64,000 nucleotides of DNA from Candidatus Jorgensenbacteria bacterium GW2011_GWA1_48_11. GTDB taxonomy: Bacteria; Patescibacteriota; Minisyncoccia; UBA6257; GWB1-50-10. Location of the stretch: the NCBI GenBank assembly GCA_001003475.1, contig LCPF01000001.1, positions 328,549-392,548 on the forward strand, written 5' to 3'. Under the pieces are notes generated by a model that was not told the DNA's origin, searched no databases, and saw only the letters and a program-made list of their open reading frames with translations. A program made the translations under genes and the position numbers. Shown here one piece after another: positions 1 to 8,317 of the stretch (its first letter is position 1; each line of letters starts with the position of its first letter).

Positions 1-541
1 TGATTTCGCCGACATCAGATCCATTCTGAAAGAAGCCGGTCCGACCCTGGTCGGCGTCGGCACGGCCTCCGGTCAGGATCGAAGCATGAAATCAGTGAAC
101 GCGGCCATCAACTCGCCGCTCCTTGAGGTCTCGATGGAGGGCGCTAAGGGTCTGCTTTTCTCCGTTGCCGGCGGCCGGGATTTGAAGATGTCCGAAATTA
201 ACGATATTGCGAAAGCCATCGCCGCCAACCTCGATTCCAATGCCAAGGTCATTTTCGGCGCTTACCACGACCGCAATTTGAAGGACAAGAGTCTTAAGGT
301 GACGGTGATCGCGACGGGTTTTAACGGCATTTTCAGCAATCCGCGGATCGCGAACTCGGCGCCGACGCTTTTCGTGACCGGTTTGGGAAACAAAAGCGAA
401 GGGGATGAGTCGGATCAGGAAATAAGGGACAGGAAACGCCATGTAACGGTCGAGGAGCCTTCGAAGTCAGCCAAAAGCGGCGAATCCCAAAAGACCGAAG
501 TCTGGGAAGTGCCGGCCTTCCTCCGAAAAAAGAAGCGTTAA
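1..541 (+). CDS. ftsZ: Cell division GTPase FtsZ, C-terminal portion (5' end lies outside the window)
   Basis: Frame 2 reads through from position 2 (DFADIRSILKEAGPTLVGVGTASG...). It contains FtsZ C-domain motifs and the conserved basic C-terminal peptide (PAFLRKKKR). Confidence 0.85.
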   Translation, partial: DFADIRSILKEAGPTLVGVGTASGQDRSMKSVNAAINSPLLEVSMEGAKGLLFSVAGGRDLKMSEINDIAKAIAANLDSNAKVIFGAYHDRNLKDKSLKVTVIATGFNGIFSNPRIANSAPTLFVTGLGNKSEGDESDQEIRDRKRHVTVEEPSKSAKSGESQKTEVWEVPAFLRKKKR

Positions 542-572
542 AGAAAACGAAAAGGAATTTTTGTCAAAAAAG

Positions 573-600
573 CGGCCGTCCCTGGACGGCGTTTTTATTA
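573..600 (+). terminator. Rho-independent terminator after ftsZ
   Basis: A GCCGTCC/GGACGGC stem with a CTG loop is followed by a T-run. Confidence 0.5.
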
Positions 601-813
601 TTTGCGGCAGGAGTTGTCAAAAATAAAAAATTGGTATATTCTGGGGTTTTCTGGGGATAACTCGAGCTTGCCGCCCCCTTTTCAAGTTCGGTCCAGAACC
701 TAGAATGAATTTGTACCTCGTTGGAAAATTTAAAAATCTGAAAGCGGATTATTCGGAGAGCGGTTTGTGAATTTTCTAATGGGGTAAAACGGTCCCAAAT
801 CAATTTTTATTTC

Positions 814-3264
814 ATGAAGAACGGAAAAATCGGTTCTAAGAAAGTGTCGAGAATGAGCGACGATAAAGTCAATGCTTATTTTTCGGAAAACGCCTTAAAG
901 ATGATGCGCAAGCGATATCTGACGATCGACGAAAAGGGCAATCAGGAAATGCCGGCGCAAATGTTTCGCCGAGTCGCCCATTATTTGGCGACCGTGGAGA
1001 AAAATTACAAACACGACGACGAGTTTGTAAAAAATATTGAGCAGGATTTTTTTGAAATTATGGCGCGGCGAGAATATACGCCGGCGGGCCGAACCCTGAC
1101 GAACGCCGGGAGCGCGACGCCTTTGATCGCGAACTGCATTGTCTTGCCGATCCACGACTCGATGGACAGCATCTTTCAAACATTGAAAGACGCGGCGCTT
1201 CTCCAGCAAGCCGGTTCGGGGCTGGGATTCGCAATCGACGAAATGCGACCGGCGATGACGAAGACCGTGAAGTCGCGCGGCAACTCGTCCGGTCCGGTTT
1301 CCTTTTTGAAGATTTATAACGAAGCTTTCGGTACGATCAAGCAGCAGGGCCGGCACGGCGCGAATATGGCGATGATGTCGGTTGATCATCCGGATATTTT
1401 GGATTTCATCAGATCGAAAGAAACGGAAGGCGAGCTCCGGAATTTTAATATTTCCGTGAAGGTTACCGACGAATTTATGCGTCAAGCGACAGAAGCACCG
1501 GACACGCAATGGTACTGCGTTTGGAAAGGCGAAAAAATGAAACCGCACAAGATTTTGCGGCATCCGAACGGCGCGGTTTACGGCGTTGAGGAAATAAACA
1601 TCACCGCTGGTCAGCTTTTTGAAGAACTCGTAAACTATGCCTGGCTGAACGGTGAACCGGGAATTGCTTTTGAAGACGCTTGGCAGAGAACCAATCCCTT
1701 GCCGGGCTTGGGGCCGCTTCGGGCGACCAATCCTTGCGGCGAACAGGTTCTTCATCCTTACGACAATTGTAATTTGGGTTCCATTAACTTGGCGGTTTTT
1801 GCGAAGGGCCGGAGCGTGGATTATGACCGGTTGCGTTTCGTGACAAAGACAGCCGTCCGTCTCATGGACAATGTCATTGACCGTTTTGATTTTCCGGTGC
1901 CGCAAGTGACGGAACTCGCCAAAAAGAATCGCCGGATCGGATTGGGCATCATGGGTTTTGCCGATCTGCTTTACCAATTGGGCATTAGATATAATTCGGA
2001 AGCCGGTTTGGCGGTGGCCGAAAAAGTGATGGGTGTAATTCAGGAGACCGCCCACAAGACCTCGCGGGAATTGGCCAGGGAAAAAGGCGTTTTTCCGAAC
2101 ATCAGCCTCAGTGTTTTCAAGAAAAAACGGCTTAAAATGCGAAATGCCGCCCTCACGACCGTAGCCCCGACCGGTTCCATTTCCATGATGCTTGATACTT
2201 CTTCGGGCGTGGAGCCGAATTTTGCCCTGGCTTACGTGAAACAGGACAAGGACGGCCTGCAGTATCAGTATTTGAACAGGCATTTTGAAAAAGAACTGCA
2301 CCGGCGTCATTTTGACGAGAAGGTGATTGCCCGGATCAAGGAAGAAATTTTGAAGACCGGCAGTATCCAGGCTTTGACGGATTTGCCGAAGGATTTGCGC
2401 GACACTTTCGTGGTGGCGATGGATATGTCCGGCGAAGACCACGTGAAAATACAGGCGGCTTTCCAGCGGCACGTTGATAATTCCATTTCGAAGACGATCA
2501 ATTTTCCAAACAGCGCCACCTACGAAGACGTGCGGCAGGGTTTTGTTCAGGCTTGGAAATTCGGCTGCAAGAGCTGCACGGTTTACCGCGACGGCAGCCG
2601 CAATATCCAGATCTTGAATTTGGGGACGGGCGAAAACATCGTTTCCACCACCGAAGCGCCGACCAAGCTCGTCAAGGAAAAAGCCAATTTGGAAATTGAT
2701 AAAGGCAAGCTTTCGCCGCGGGTGCGGCCGGTTGTGATGAACGGCAAGACTTATAAAGTGAAAACCGGCTACGGCAATCTTTATATTACCGTGAACAACG
2801 ATGAAGTCGGCGCGCCTTTCGAAGTTTTTGCCACCCTGGGCAAGACTGGCGGTTTTTTCCAGGAGCAGACCGAGGGTCTTTGCCGCTTGATCTCCCTCTC
2901 GCTGCGGGCCGGCATTAAAGTGGAAGAAATCATCGATCACCTCAAAGGCATTCGGGGGCCGATGCCGACCTTTACCGAGAAAGGGACGATTCTTTCTCTG
3001 CCGGATGCGATCGCTAAGGTTTTGGAAGAGCACGTGAAAACGAATGGCCACATGAAGACCGATATGACGGTGCAAGAGATCGATAGTTTGAAAAAAGAAG
3101 TCTTGGAACCGGTTGCGGTGCACACGGCCGTGGGCGAAGAAGGAACCGCGAGATCGATGGCCGATTACGGTTTGATGCCCGGTTGTCCGGAATGCGGCGA
3201 AGCCCTGACTTTAAGCGAAGGCTGTTTGAGCTGCAAGCATTGCGGCTATTCGCGGTGCAGCTAA
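814..3264 (+). CDS. nrdJ: Class II (adenosylcobalamin-dependent) ribonucleotide reductase
   Basis: An 816-aa ORF carries the ATNPCGEQ active-site motif typical of class II RNR and a C-terminal CxxC...CxxC zinc ribbon. The antisense ORF 895-3123 is rejected. Confidence 0.9.
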   Translation: MKNGKIGSKKVSRMSDDKVNAYFSENALKMMRKRYLTIDEKGNQEMPAQMFRRVAHYLATVEKNYKHDDEFVKNIEQDFFEIMARREYTPAGRTLTNAGSATPLIANCIVLPIHDSMDSIFQTLKDAALLQQAGSGLGFAIDEMRPAMTKTVKSRGNSSGPVSFLKIYNEAFGTIKQQGRHGANMAMMSVDHPDILDFIRSKETEGELRNFNISVKVTDEFMRQATEAPDTQWYCVWKGEKMKPHKILRHPNGAVYGVEEINITAGQLFEELVNYAWLNGEPGIAFEDAWQRTNPLPGLGPLRATNPCGEQVLHPYDNCNLGSINLAVFAKGRSVDYDRLRFVTKTAVRLMDNVIDRFDFPVPQVTELAKKNRRIGLGIMGFADLLYQLGIRYNSEAGLAVAEKVMGVIQETAHKTSRELAREKGVFPNISLSVFKKKRLKMRNAALTTVAPTGSISMMLDTSSGVEPNFALAYVKQDKDGLQYQYLNRHFEKELHRRHFDEKVIARIKEEILKTGSIQALTDLPKDLRDTFVVAMDMSGEDHVKIQAAFQRHVDNSISKTINFPNSATYEDVRQGFVQAWKFGCKSCTVYRDGSRNIQILNLGTGENIVSTTEAPTKLVKEKANLEIDKGKLSPRVRPVVMNGKTYKVKTGYGNLYITVNNDEVGAPFEVFATLGKTGGFFQEQTEGLCRLISLSLRAGIKVEEIIDHLKGIRGPMPTFTEKGTILSLPDAIAKVLEEHVKTNGHMKTDMTVQEIDSLKKEVLEPVAVHTAVGEEGTARSMADYGLMPGCPECGEALTLSEGCLSCKHCGYSRCS

Positions 3265-3286
3265 TAAATTTATAATAATTAAAAAA

Positions 3287-3310
3287 AGTCGCCTTCTTAG
3301 GCGATTTTTT
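3287..3310 (+). terminator. Terminator hairpin after nrdJ
   Basis: A TCGCCT/AGGCGA stem with a TCTT loop is followed by a T-run. Confidence 0.45.
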
Positions 3311-3311
3311 G

Positions 3312-3384
3312 TCCGCCCACTAGGAATCGAACCTAGAACCTTCTCCTTAAAAGGGAGCTGCTCTGCCAATTGAGCTATGGGCGG
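3312..3384 (-). tRNA. tRNA-Lys (anticodon UUU)
   Basis: The reverse complement folds as a cloverleaf: acceptor CCGCCCA/TGGGCGG, D-arm GCTCAATTGGCAGAGC, anticodon loop CTTTTAA and T-loop TTCGATT. CCA is not encoded. Confidence 0.8.
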
Positions 3385-3523
3385 GTTTAACTTTTAGAGT
3401 TTAACTTATCATTTATTTTAATTCAAGGTTGATTTTTAGAACAGTGTTCAGTTGACCGTTTAAGAATTAGAAATTAAAATGATTCTGCAATTTGATATTC
3501 GAAAAAGCATAAGAAGGTTCAGC

Positions 3524-3784
3524 TCCGCGGTAGCTCAGCGGTAGAGCGGCTCCCTGTCGAGATAATGGCAGCCCCAGGCAGTAATGTTTGGAGGAAAAAC
3601 CGGGCTAATTCGGGGAACTCTTGTATAAAGACAATCCCGAGCTAAATTCGCCCCAGGGCGATAAACGTGTAGAGACTATATACCCGGGCCCCTTAGAAAA
3701 AGGGACATGAGATAGTCCAGCCCCCTTGGCGACAAGGGAAAAACTGTAAGGAGATGGTCGTAGGTTCGAATCCTACCCGCGGAG
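3524..3784 (+). tRNA. tRNA-Asn (inferred anticodon GUU) interrupted by a 189-nt group I intron in the anticodon loop
   Basis: The 5' exon (3524-3557) reads TCCGCGG-TA-GCTCAGCGGTAGAGC-G-GCTCC-CTGT. The 3' exon (3747-3784) reads TAA-GGAGA-TGGTC-GTAGG-TTCGAAT-CCTAC-CCGCGGA-G. The spliced anticodon loop is CUGUUAA. The exon boundary is inferred from a U at the 5' exon end and a G at the intron end. Confidence 0.65.
3558..3746 (+). ncRNA. Group I intron (subgroup IC3-like, tRNA-type) inside the tRNA anticodon loop
   Basis: Core blocks resemble the small bacterial pre-tRNA group I introns (Azoarcus tRNA-Ile-like): GCTAAATTCG, GTGTAGAGACTA and a 3'-terminal G. Length is 189 nt and no ORF is present. 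Confidence 0.6.
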
Positions 3785-3837
3785 CTGAGCCTTTTTGTAT
3801 GGACGTTGAAAGCGGAATAACCAAGTTGCCGGTCAAA

Positions 3838-3868
3838 AATGGCAGGTTCGAATCCTGCTCCCGGAGCC
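3838..3868 (+). other. tRNA-like 3' fragment (T-arm plus acceptor 3' strand with encoded CCA) with no matching 5' half
   Basis: GGCAGGTTCGAATCCTGCTCCCGGAGCCA lies immediately downstream of the tRNA-Asn. No D-arm or complementary 5' acceptor strand was found nearby. Confidence 0.3.
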
Positions 3869-3919
3869 AAGAAGGAAGAGCGGAGACAAAATCCCCGCTT
3901 ATCTTTATCTAACAGTCTC

Positions 3920-4660
3920 TTATTCCGAGGTCTGTAATATCACTTCTTTTGCTCTTTGAGTAAAATGAACAATGAGGTTTTTGGAAAACTTGGATTCCTT
4001 GAGAAAGGCCATGCCGTCGGAAATGGTTGCTCCGAAAAGCAAAAGCCTGTTTAAGGCCGTAGGCCTTACCCGCGCTCGACCCTTGCGGTAATCTTCTTTA
4101 AGATCGATAAAGGTATCGAAACTGTTTGCCGCCCTCCCCAACCTGGTTAAAACTTTCAATAACGCCGGGAATTTTTCGCTCTTGCGGTATTCTTCGGGCA
4201 GAAAAGGAATGAAAACCTTCCCCATTACTTGTCCCTCGAGCCTCGTGAGAGTCGTAAATTTCGAAGATTCTTCTTCTGTTTTGATCTTCTCCGTTATATT
4301 CAAAATCCTCGATATTGAATCAAGGAAGGATTTTCTCTGAACTTCCGACAAACCGTCAACCAAATCTTTCACATTGCCCAAGGCGTTATTAAGCCTCTCG
4401 TCCTGGGAAAAACTTGATACCTCGCCGTTTAAAAAATTCATTACCCCCGATGCGAACTGCTCTCTTTCTTTTTCTTCCGGAATGGCATCAAGCCGGTCAT
4501 CGATGATCCGCACCGCACCCAAAATTGCCCGCCACTTCCCGACCGTTTCCGGAGGGAGAGCCAATCCCGTGATTTGTTCCGTAACCTCCCGAAGCGTATC
4601 CGAAGAATTCTCGTAGTGTTCTTGGGATACATCGAGTCTTGATTCGCCCATTTCTCTCAT
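3920..4660 (-). CDS. Hypothetical protein (246 aa)
   Basis: The long ORF has balanced composition. No recognisable motif. Confidence 0.55.
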   Translation of the reverse strand: MREMGESRLDVSQEHYENSSDTLREVTEQITGLALPPETVGKWRAILGAVRIIDDRLDAIPEEKEREQFASGVMNFLNGEVSSFSQDERLNNALGNVKDLVDGLSEVQRKSFLDSISRILNITEKIKTEEESSKFTTLTRLEGQVMGKVFIPFLPEEYRKSEKFPALLKVLTRLGRAANSFDTFIDLKEDYRKGRARVRPTALNRLLLFGATISDGMAFLKESKFSKNLIVHFTQRAKEVILQTSE

Positions 4661-4746
4661 ATCCGTAATTATACAAGTTTATCGGCCGCCAACAATTTCC
4701 ACTGTGGTAGGCTATTAATCAGCAAACCCTAGCTACGAGGTGAATC

Positions 4747-5172
4747 ATGAAAGCGCTGAAGTTGTGGTGTCTTGCCGGAGCGGCGATCTTCGCCGTCGGT
4801 TGCCGGCTCCCTCTCGAGCCCTTGAGGGAGCACGTGGACGTGACGGTCGGCAGGCTTTCACTTCTGCACCTCACGCTCGGCCTCTCGATCAACGGCGAGC
4901 CCCAGGCTCAAGTCCTCGACGACTCCGTGTCGGAGCGCAGGTTCTCGCCCAGGATCAAGGTGGACCAGCAGTACAACCAGTACGGCATCGGCCAGGTCTA
5001 TTGCGGCTATGTCACGGTGAGCGCCGTGATCGTCGAGACCGGACTGCGTTCCAATCCGAAGACGGCCCACGTCTGTACCAACAACGGCCAGAGCCGGGCC
5101 GGCTACTTCACCTTCGGGCCATACGATTTCCCGGGCTACTTCAGCTCGGTGAACGCCACCGCCAGTCCCTAA
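4747..5172 (+). CDS. Hypothetical secreted/lipoprotein (141 aa) in a GC-rich patch
   Basis: An N-terminal signal peptide with a lipobox-like AVGC is present and an SD (GAGGTGA) lies upstream. The overlapping R/P-rich ORF 4740-5321 is rejected. Confidence 0.5.
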   Translation: MKALKLWCLAGAAIFAVGCRLPLEPLREHVDVTVGRLSLLHLTLGLSINGEPQAQVLDDSVSERRFSPRIKVDQQYNQYGIGQVYCGYVTVSAVIVETGLRSNPKTAHVCTNNGQSRAGYFTFGPYDFPGYFSSVNATASP

Positions 5173-5215
5173 CCGGACTGGCGGTTCCACATTTTACGCA
5201 TCAGTCGTCCGATGT

Positions 5216-5467
5216 TTATCCTTTGGCGTTACCAGTCGGGTTAGTCCCGGCGATTTGGTGGCGAGTTTGGGTTTTGGTCAAGGGCACCGGCACTTGCTCG
5301 GGCTTCGGGCCCGGTTCTTGAGCAGCTTGCGGCGCGGTGTTTTCATCCTTGAGCGAGGTGGAAAAGGGCTCAATGCTGGTTTTAGCGAGGCCGGAAGCGG
5401 CAAAAACAATGCCAATCAGGCTGATCACGCCGAAAATCAAAATAAAATTGGTTTGCAGGAAGTTCAT
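5216..5467 (-). CDS. Small membrane-anchored Pro-rich protein (about 84 aa)
   Basis: Reading from the internal Met (MNFLQTNFILIFGVISLIGIVF...) gives one TM helix followed by a P/Q-rich tail. The longer annotated ORF would run through the promoter of the divergent gene. Confidence 0.35.
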   Translation of the reverse strand: MNFLQTNFILIFGVISLIGIVFAASGLAKTSIEPFSTSLKDENTAPQAAQEPGPKPEQVPVPLTKTQTRHQIAGTNPTGNAKG

Positions 5468-5564
5468 GTGTTTCTCTATAGAATATAACGGGGGAATCGG
5501 GCAAATAGTTTCAAAATAAGCCTCGTTTTTTAAAAAGTCGGCATTTTTCTGGTATAATGTTTCA

Positions 5565-5951
5565 ATGAAAAAAGACACAAAAACCGTTATTGGCGTATTG
5601 GTTTTGATCGTAGCCGCTGTCGTAATTGTCATGGCGGTCTCGGCGAATCGGCCGCGCACCCCGGGCAAACTGGATGCTTTCGCCGCCTGCCTCAAGACGA
5701 GCGGCGTGGTCTTCTACGGCGCTTACTGGTGCTCCCACTGTCAGAATCAAAAAGCCATGTTCGGCAAATCCGAGGATTTATTGCCTTACGTCGAATGCTC
5801 CAATCCCAGCGGTACGGGCCAAACGGCGATTTGCACCCAAAAAGGAATTCAGGGCTATCCCACCTGGATCTTCAAGGACGGGAGCGAGTTGACCGGCGAA
5901 GTGCCGCTCGACCAATTGGCGCAAAAAACCGGCTGCGCCCTGCCCCAATAA
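5565..5951 (+). CDS. Thioredoxin-like membrane-anchored protein (CxxC; DsbB/VKOR-associated type)
   Basis: An N-terminal TM helix is followed by a YGAYWCSHCQNQK CxxC motif. The gene sits immediately upstream of a DsbB-like gene. A paralog lies at 40369-40731. Confidence 0.75.
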   Translation: MKKDTKTVIGVLVLIVAAVVIVMAVSANRPRTPGKLDAFAACLKTSGVVFYGAYWCSHCQNQKAMFGKSEDLLPYVECSNPSGTGQTAICTQKGIQGYPTWIFKDGSELTGEVPLDQLAQKTGCALPQ

Positions 5952-6506
5952 ATGGCGCCTTTCGTTGATTTGGCGACCAAGGTTTTTTCCGGCCTGACTC
6001 TTATCGGGGATATCGGGGTCGCAATCGTTGTTTTCGCCCTGATCTTTAAGGGTTTGGCCTGGGCCAGATTGGTGCTGGGCTTTTTGCGGAGCCAGTCCCT
6101 GTTTTTGGCTTTCGTGATCGCCTTGGGGGCGACCCTGGGCAGCCTTTTTTATTCGGAGGTGGCCGGCTTCGTGCCTTGCTCTTTGTGCTGGTGGCAGCGG
6201 CTTTTCCTTTATCCGCAGGTTCTCATTTTGGGTTTCGGCCTTTGGAAAAAAGACAGCCGGGTTTGGAATTGCGTTCTGGGCTTGTCCGTGATCGGGGCCC
6301 TCATCGCGGTTTACAACACTTACCTGCAGTTCGGCGGATTTTCTTTCTTGCCTTGTCCCCCCTCCGGCGTTTCTTGCGCCCAGCGTTATTTCCTGGAATT
6401 CGGCTACATTACCATTCCCACAATGTCCCTCACCGCCTTTCTTCTGCTCATTGTTCTGGGCTTGGCCGGCAAATCCAAAGCCGAAAAAGAACCCGGTAAT
6501 TCTTAA
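5952..6506 (+). CDS. Disulfide bond formation protein, DsbB/BdbC family
   Basis: A 4-TM protein with a CSLCWWQR motif (compare BdbC CxxCWYQR) and a second Cys pair (PCPPSGVSC). Confidence 0.7.
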   Translation: MAPFVDLATKVFSGLTLIGDIGVAIVVFALIFKGLAWARLVLGFLRSQSLFLAFVIALGATLGSLFYSEVAGFVPCSLCWWQRLFLYPQVLILGFGLWKKDSRVWNCVLGLSVIGALIAVYNTYLQFGGFSFLPCPPSGVSCAQRYFLEFGYITIPTMSLTAFLLLIVLGLAGKSKAEKEPGNS

Positions 6507-6604
6507 AAAATCGTATATAATGGAAAGAGACCACGGTTCCCGTCTCAACAGGCGGGGACGGATGTTGTTCAATAGCATAAGGTCGAAAAAATCAATTATT
6601 CATT

Positions 6605-6910
6605 ATGATGGACGAAAACAAGAAAAATCATCCGGCAGATTGCCGTTGCTGGATGTGCGAGGGGTGCGGCTCGTGTTGCCAGGGCCGGCGCCATTGGGCT
6701 TGGCTTATCGTGAAGATTCTGGTTATCCTGATCGTCTTCTGGTTCGGCGTGAAAGTCGGCGAATTGAAGTCCTTTATCGGTTATTCCTGGGGTTATCCCG
6801 GCGGGTATTCCAATATGCGCTCGATGATGTGGGGCGGCAATTACGGCGCGAACGCCTATGGCCCGGGCATGATGGGCTGGTATTGGAACGCCACTTCTAC
6901 AGAGAAATAA
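6605..6910 (+). CDS. Small Cys-rich membrane protein (101 aa)
   Basis: The N-terminal CRCWMCEGCGSCC cluster is followed by a TM helix and a Gly/Met/Tyr-rich tail. A strong terminator follows. Confidence 0.55.
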   Translation: MMDENKKNHPADCRCWMCEGCGSCCQGRRHWAWLIVKILVILIVFWFGVKVGELKSFIGYSWGYPGGYSNMRSMMWGGNYGANAYGPGMMGWYWNATSTEK

Positions 6911-6924
6911 CGGTTGGAAAACAA

Positions 6925-6955
6925 GACGCCCCTTCGGGGGTGTTTTGTTTTTTTC
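6925..6955 (+). terminator. Rho-independent terminator
   Basis: ACGCCCCTTCGGGGGTG hairpin followed by TTTTGTTTTTTT. Confidence 0.6.
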
Positions 6956-6995
6956 AACCGTTATTTTTTCTTACGTATGTTTATAATTATATGAG

Positions 6996-7367
6996 ATGAA
7001 AAAAGACGAAGAATTAACGCCCGAGCTTTACAAAGTGGCGCGGCAAAAAGGAACCGAGGCGCCTTTTACGGGCAAGTATTGGGATAATCACGGGAAAGGG
7101 ACGTACAAATGCGCGGTTTGCGGCGCCGAATTATTTTCCTCGGAGACGAAATTCGATTCGGGCACGGGCTGGCCGAGTTTTACCGAGCCGTCTGATTCGA
7201 GGAACGTTGAGTTGAAAGAAGATCTGAGTGGCGGCCTGCGCCGTACCGAAGTCGTCTGCAAAAATTGCGGTGCCCATCTGGGTCACGTTTTCGACGACGG
7301 TCCCAAGGAAAAAGGCGGGAAGCGTTTTTGCATCAATTCCGTCTGTTTGGAAATCGAGAAGAAATAA
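6996..7367 (+). CDS. msrB: Peptide methionine-(R)-sulfoxide reductase MsrB
   Basis: Carries the CxxC...CxxC zinc site and the GWPSF / [21 protein letters not shown] catalytic motifs. Confidence 0.9.
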   Translation: MKKDEELTPELYKVARQKGTEAPFTGKYWDNHGKGTYKCAVCGAELFSSETKFDSGTGWPSFTEPSDSRNVELKEDLSGGLRRTEVVCKNCGAHLGHVFDDGPKEKGGKRFCINSVCLEIEKK

Positions 7368-7381
7368 GTTAAAATGAATTT

Positions 7382-7705
7382 ATGAAAATTTCTTTGGGCC
7401 TCAGGGCTTTTCTTCAGGCGGCCGGCGTCACAGCCTACGTGATTGTTTTCGCCTTTACGGTGCAGAATGCCGAGGCCTGGTTTACGGCTCATAACTTTCC
7501 GCCGAGCCCGATTTTGTCGATGGTCATCTTTCTTTTGACCTTCATTGTTTCGGCCCTGATCTGCAGTTCGCTGGTTTTTCTCCAGTCGGTCCGCCTTTTC
7601 GCCGAAGGCCAAAAAGACGCCGCTTGGAAATTGTTCTTTGGAAGCGTGGCTTGGCTCGCCTTCTTCCTCGTTTTTTTCGGCGCAATAACCCTGCTTACGC
7701 TTTAG
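7382..7705 (+). CDS. Hypothetical membrane protein (107 aa)
   Basis: Three predicted TM helices. No motif. Confidence 0.5.
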   Translation: MKISLGLRAFLQAAGVTAYVIVFAFTVQNAEAWFTAHNFPPSPILSMVIFLLTFIVSALICSSLVFLQSVRLFAEGQKDAAWKLFFGSVAWLAFFLVFFGAITLLTL

Positions 7706-7772
7706 GCGCTTCGGTTTTTCTCGTGAGCCAGAAGTAGAGATAAACGCCGGCTAATTATGTTAGAATGAAAAT

Positions 7773-7985
7773 ATGATCATTGACGGCCGTACTGTTGAGG
7801 GCGACGCCCGGGGCCTCCGTTATCTCCAGTCTCTGCAGGCGGATGAATCGAAGGTTTTGTTCGATGAGGCTCGCGACCACGGCAAGGCCAAATTCAAATA
7901 TTTGGACAAGCATTACGGTCTCCTCCGAACTTCGGCCGGCACCTACGTCGTCACCGACCTGCACCAGTCTTCCGGATTTTTTTAG
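7773..7985 (+). CDS. Hypothetical small protein (70 aa)
   Basis: Third-position GC bias is consistent with coding, and a TAGAAT -10-like box lies upstream. The antisense ORF 7755-8036 is rejected. Confidence 0.4.
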   Translation: MIIDGRTVEGDARGLRYLQSLQADESKVLFDEARDHGKAKFKYLDKHYGLLRTSAGTYVVTDLHQSSGFF

Positions 7986-7989
7986 GCTT

Positions 7990-8104
7990 ATGGATCCCGT
8001 TAGAAACATCCCCCTACGCCCATTTAAGAATATCAACCAGATGATCGAAGGTAATATAAACGGTCTAAATCAAACGTGGCATTTGTTCCGCTTCTAACGG
8101 GATG
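7990..8104 (+). promoter_or_regulatory. Conserved ~110-nt intergenic element, copy 1, whose 3' end includes the ATG of the downstream gene
   Basis: The 5' arm TCCCGTTAGAAAC pairs with the 3' arm GCTTCTAACGGGA. An internal block AAACGGTCTAAATCAAACGTGGCATTTGTTCC is shared with 50661-50767. Confidence 0.5.
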
Positions 8105-8314
8105 GATTTTTTAAATGCGCATCCGTTTTTGGTGATTCTGGGCGTGATCTGGACCTTGCCTTGGAAAGGCGTGGCGCTCTGGAGGGCCGCGAAACTGAAC
8201 CAGCCAAAATGGTTCGTTGCCCTTCTCATCGTGAATACCTTGGGCATCCTGGAGATCCTCTATATTTACGTCTTCAGCAAGAAGCAGGCGATCAAGAGCG
8301 GCGATTCCCAATAG
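8102..8314 (+). CDS. Small membrane protein (70 aa)
   Basis: Two TM helices. The start codon is embedded in the 3' arm of the conserved element. Confidence 0.5.
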   Translation: MDFLNAHPFLVILGVIWTLPWKGVALWRAAKLNQPKWFVALLIVNTLGILEILYIYVFSKKQAIKSGDSQ

Positions 8315-8317
8315 CCG

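Noticed and set aside
564-803. 79-aa minus-strand ORF in the ftsZ-nrdJ intergenic region
   Set aside because: It overlaps the terminator and promoter elements. No start context and poor composition.
604-813. Cobalamin riboswitch or NrdR box in the 210-nt leader of nrdJ
   Set aside because: No B12-box-like or NrdR-box-like (tandem 16-bp palindrome) sequence was recognisable by eye. The leader is left unannotated.
895-3123. 742-aa ORF antisense to nrdJ
   Set aside because: Arg/His/Phe-rich, low-complexity composition typical of the reverse strand of a GC-biased gene. nrdJ on the plus strand has unmistakable RNR motifs.
3790-3870. Possibility of a second complete tRNA downstream of tRNA-Asn
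   Set aside because: Only a T-arm/acceptor 3' half with CCA is present. No D-arm or 5' acceptor strand could be found, so it is reported as a fragment only.
4740-5321. 193-aa ORF overlapping the lipoprotein gene
   Set aside because: Arg/Pro/Gly-rich product typical of an off-frame reading of GC-rich DNA.
5778-6578. 266-aa ORF antisense to the dsbB-like and thioredoxin-like genes
   Set aside because: Gln/Gly/Arg-rich low-complexity composition. Plus-strand genes carry specific CxxC motifs.
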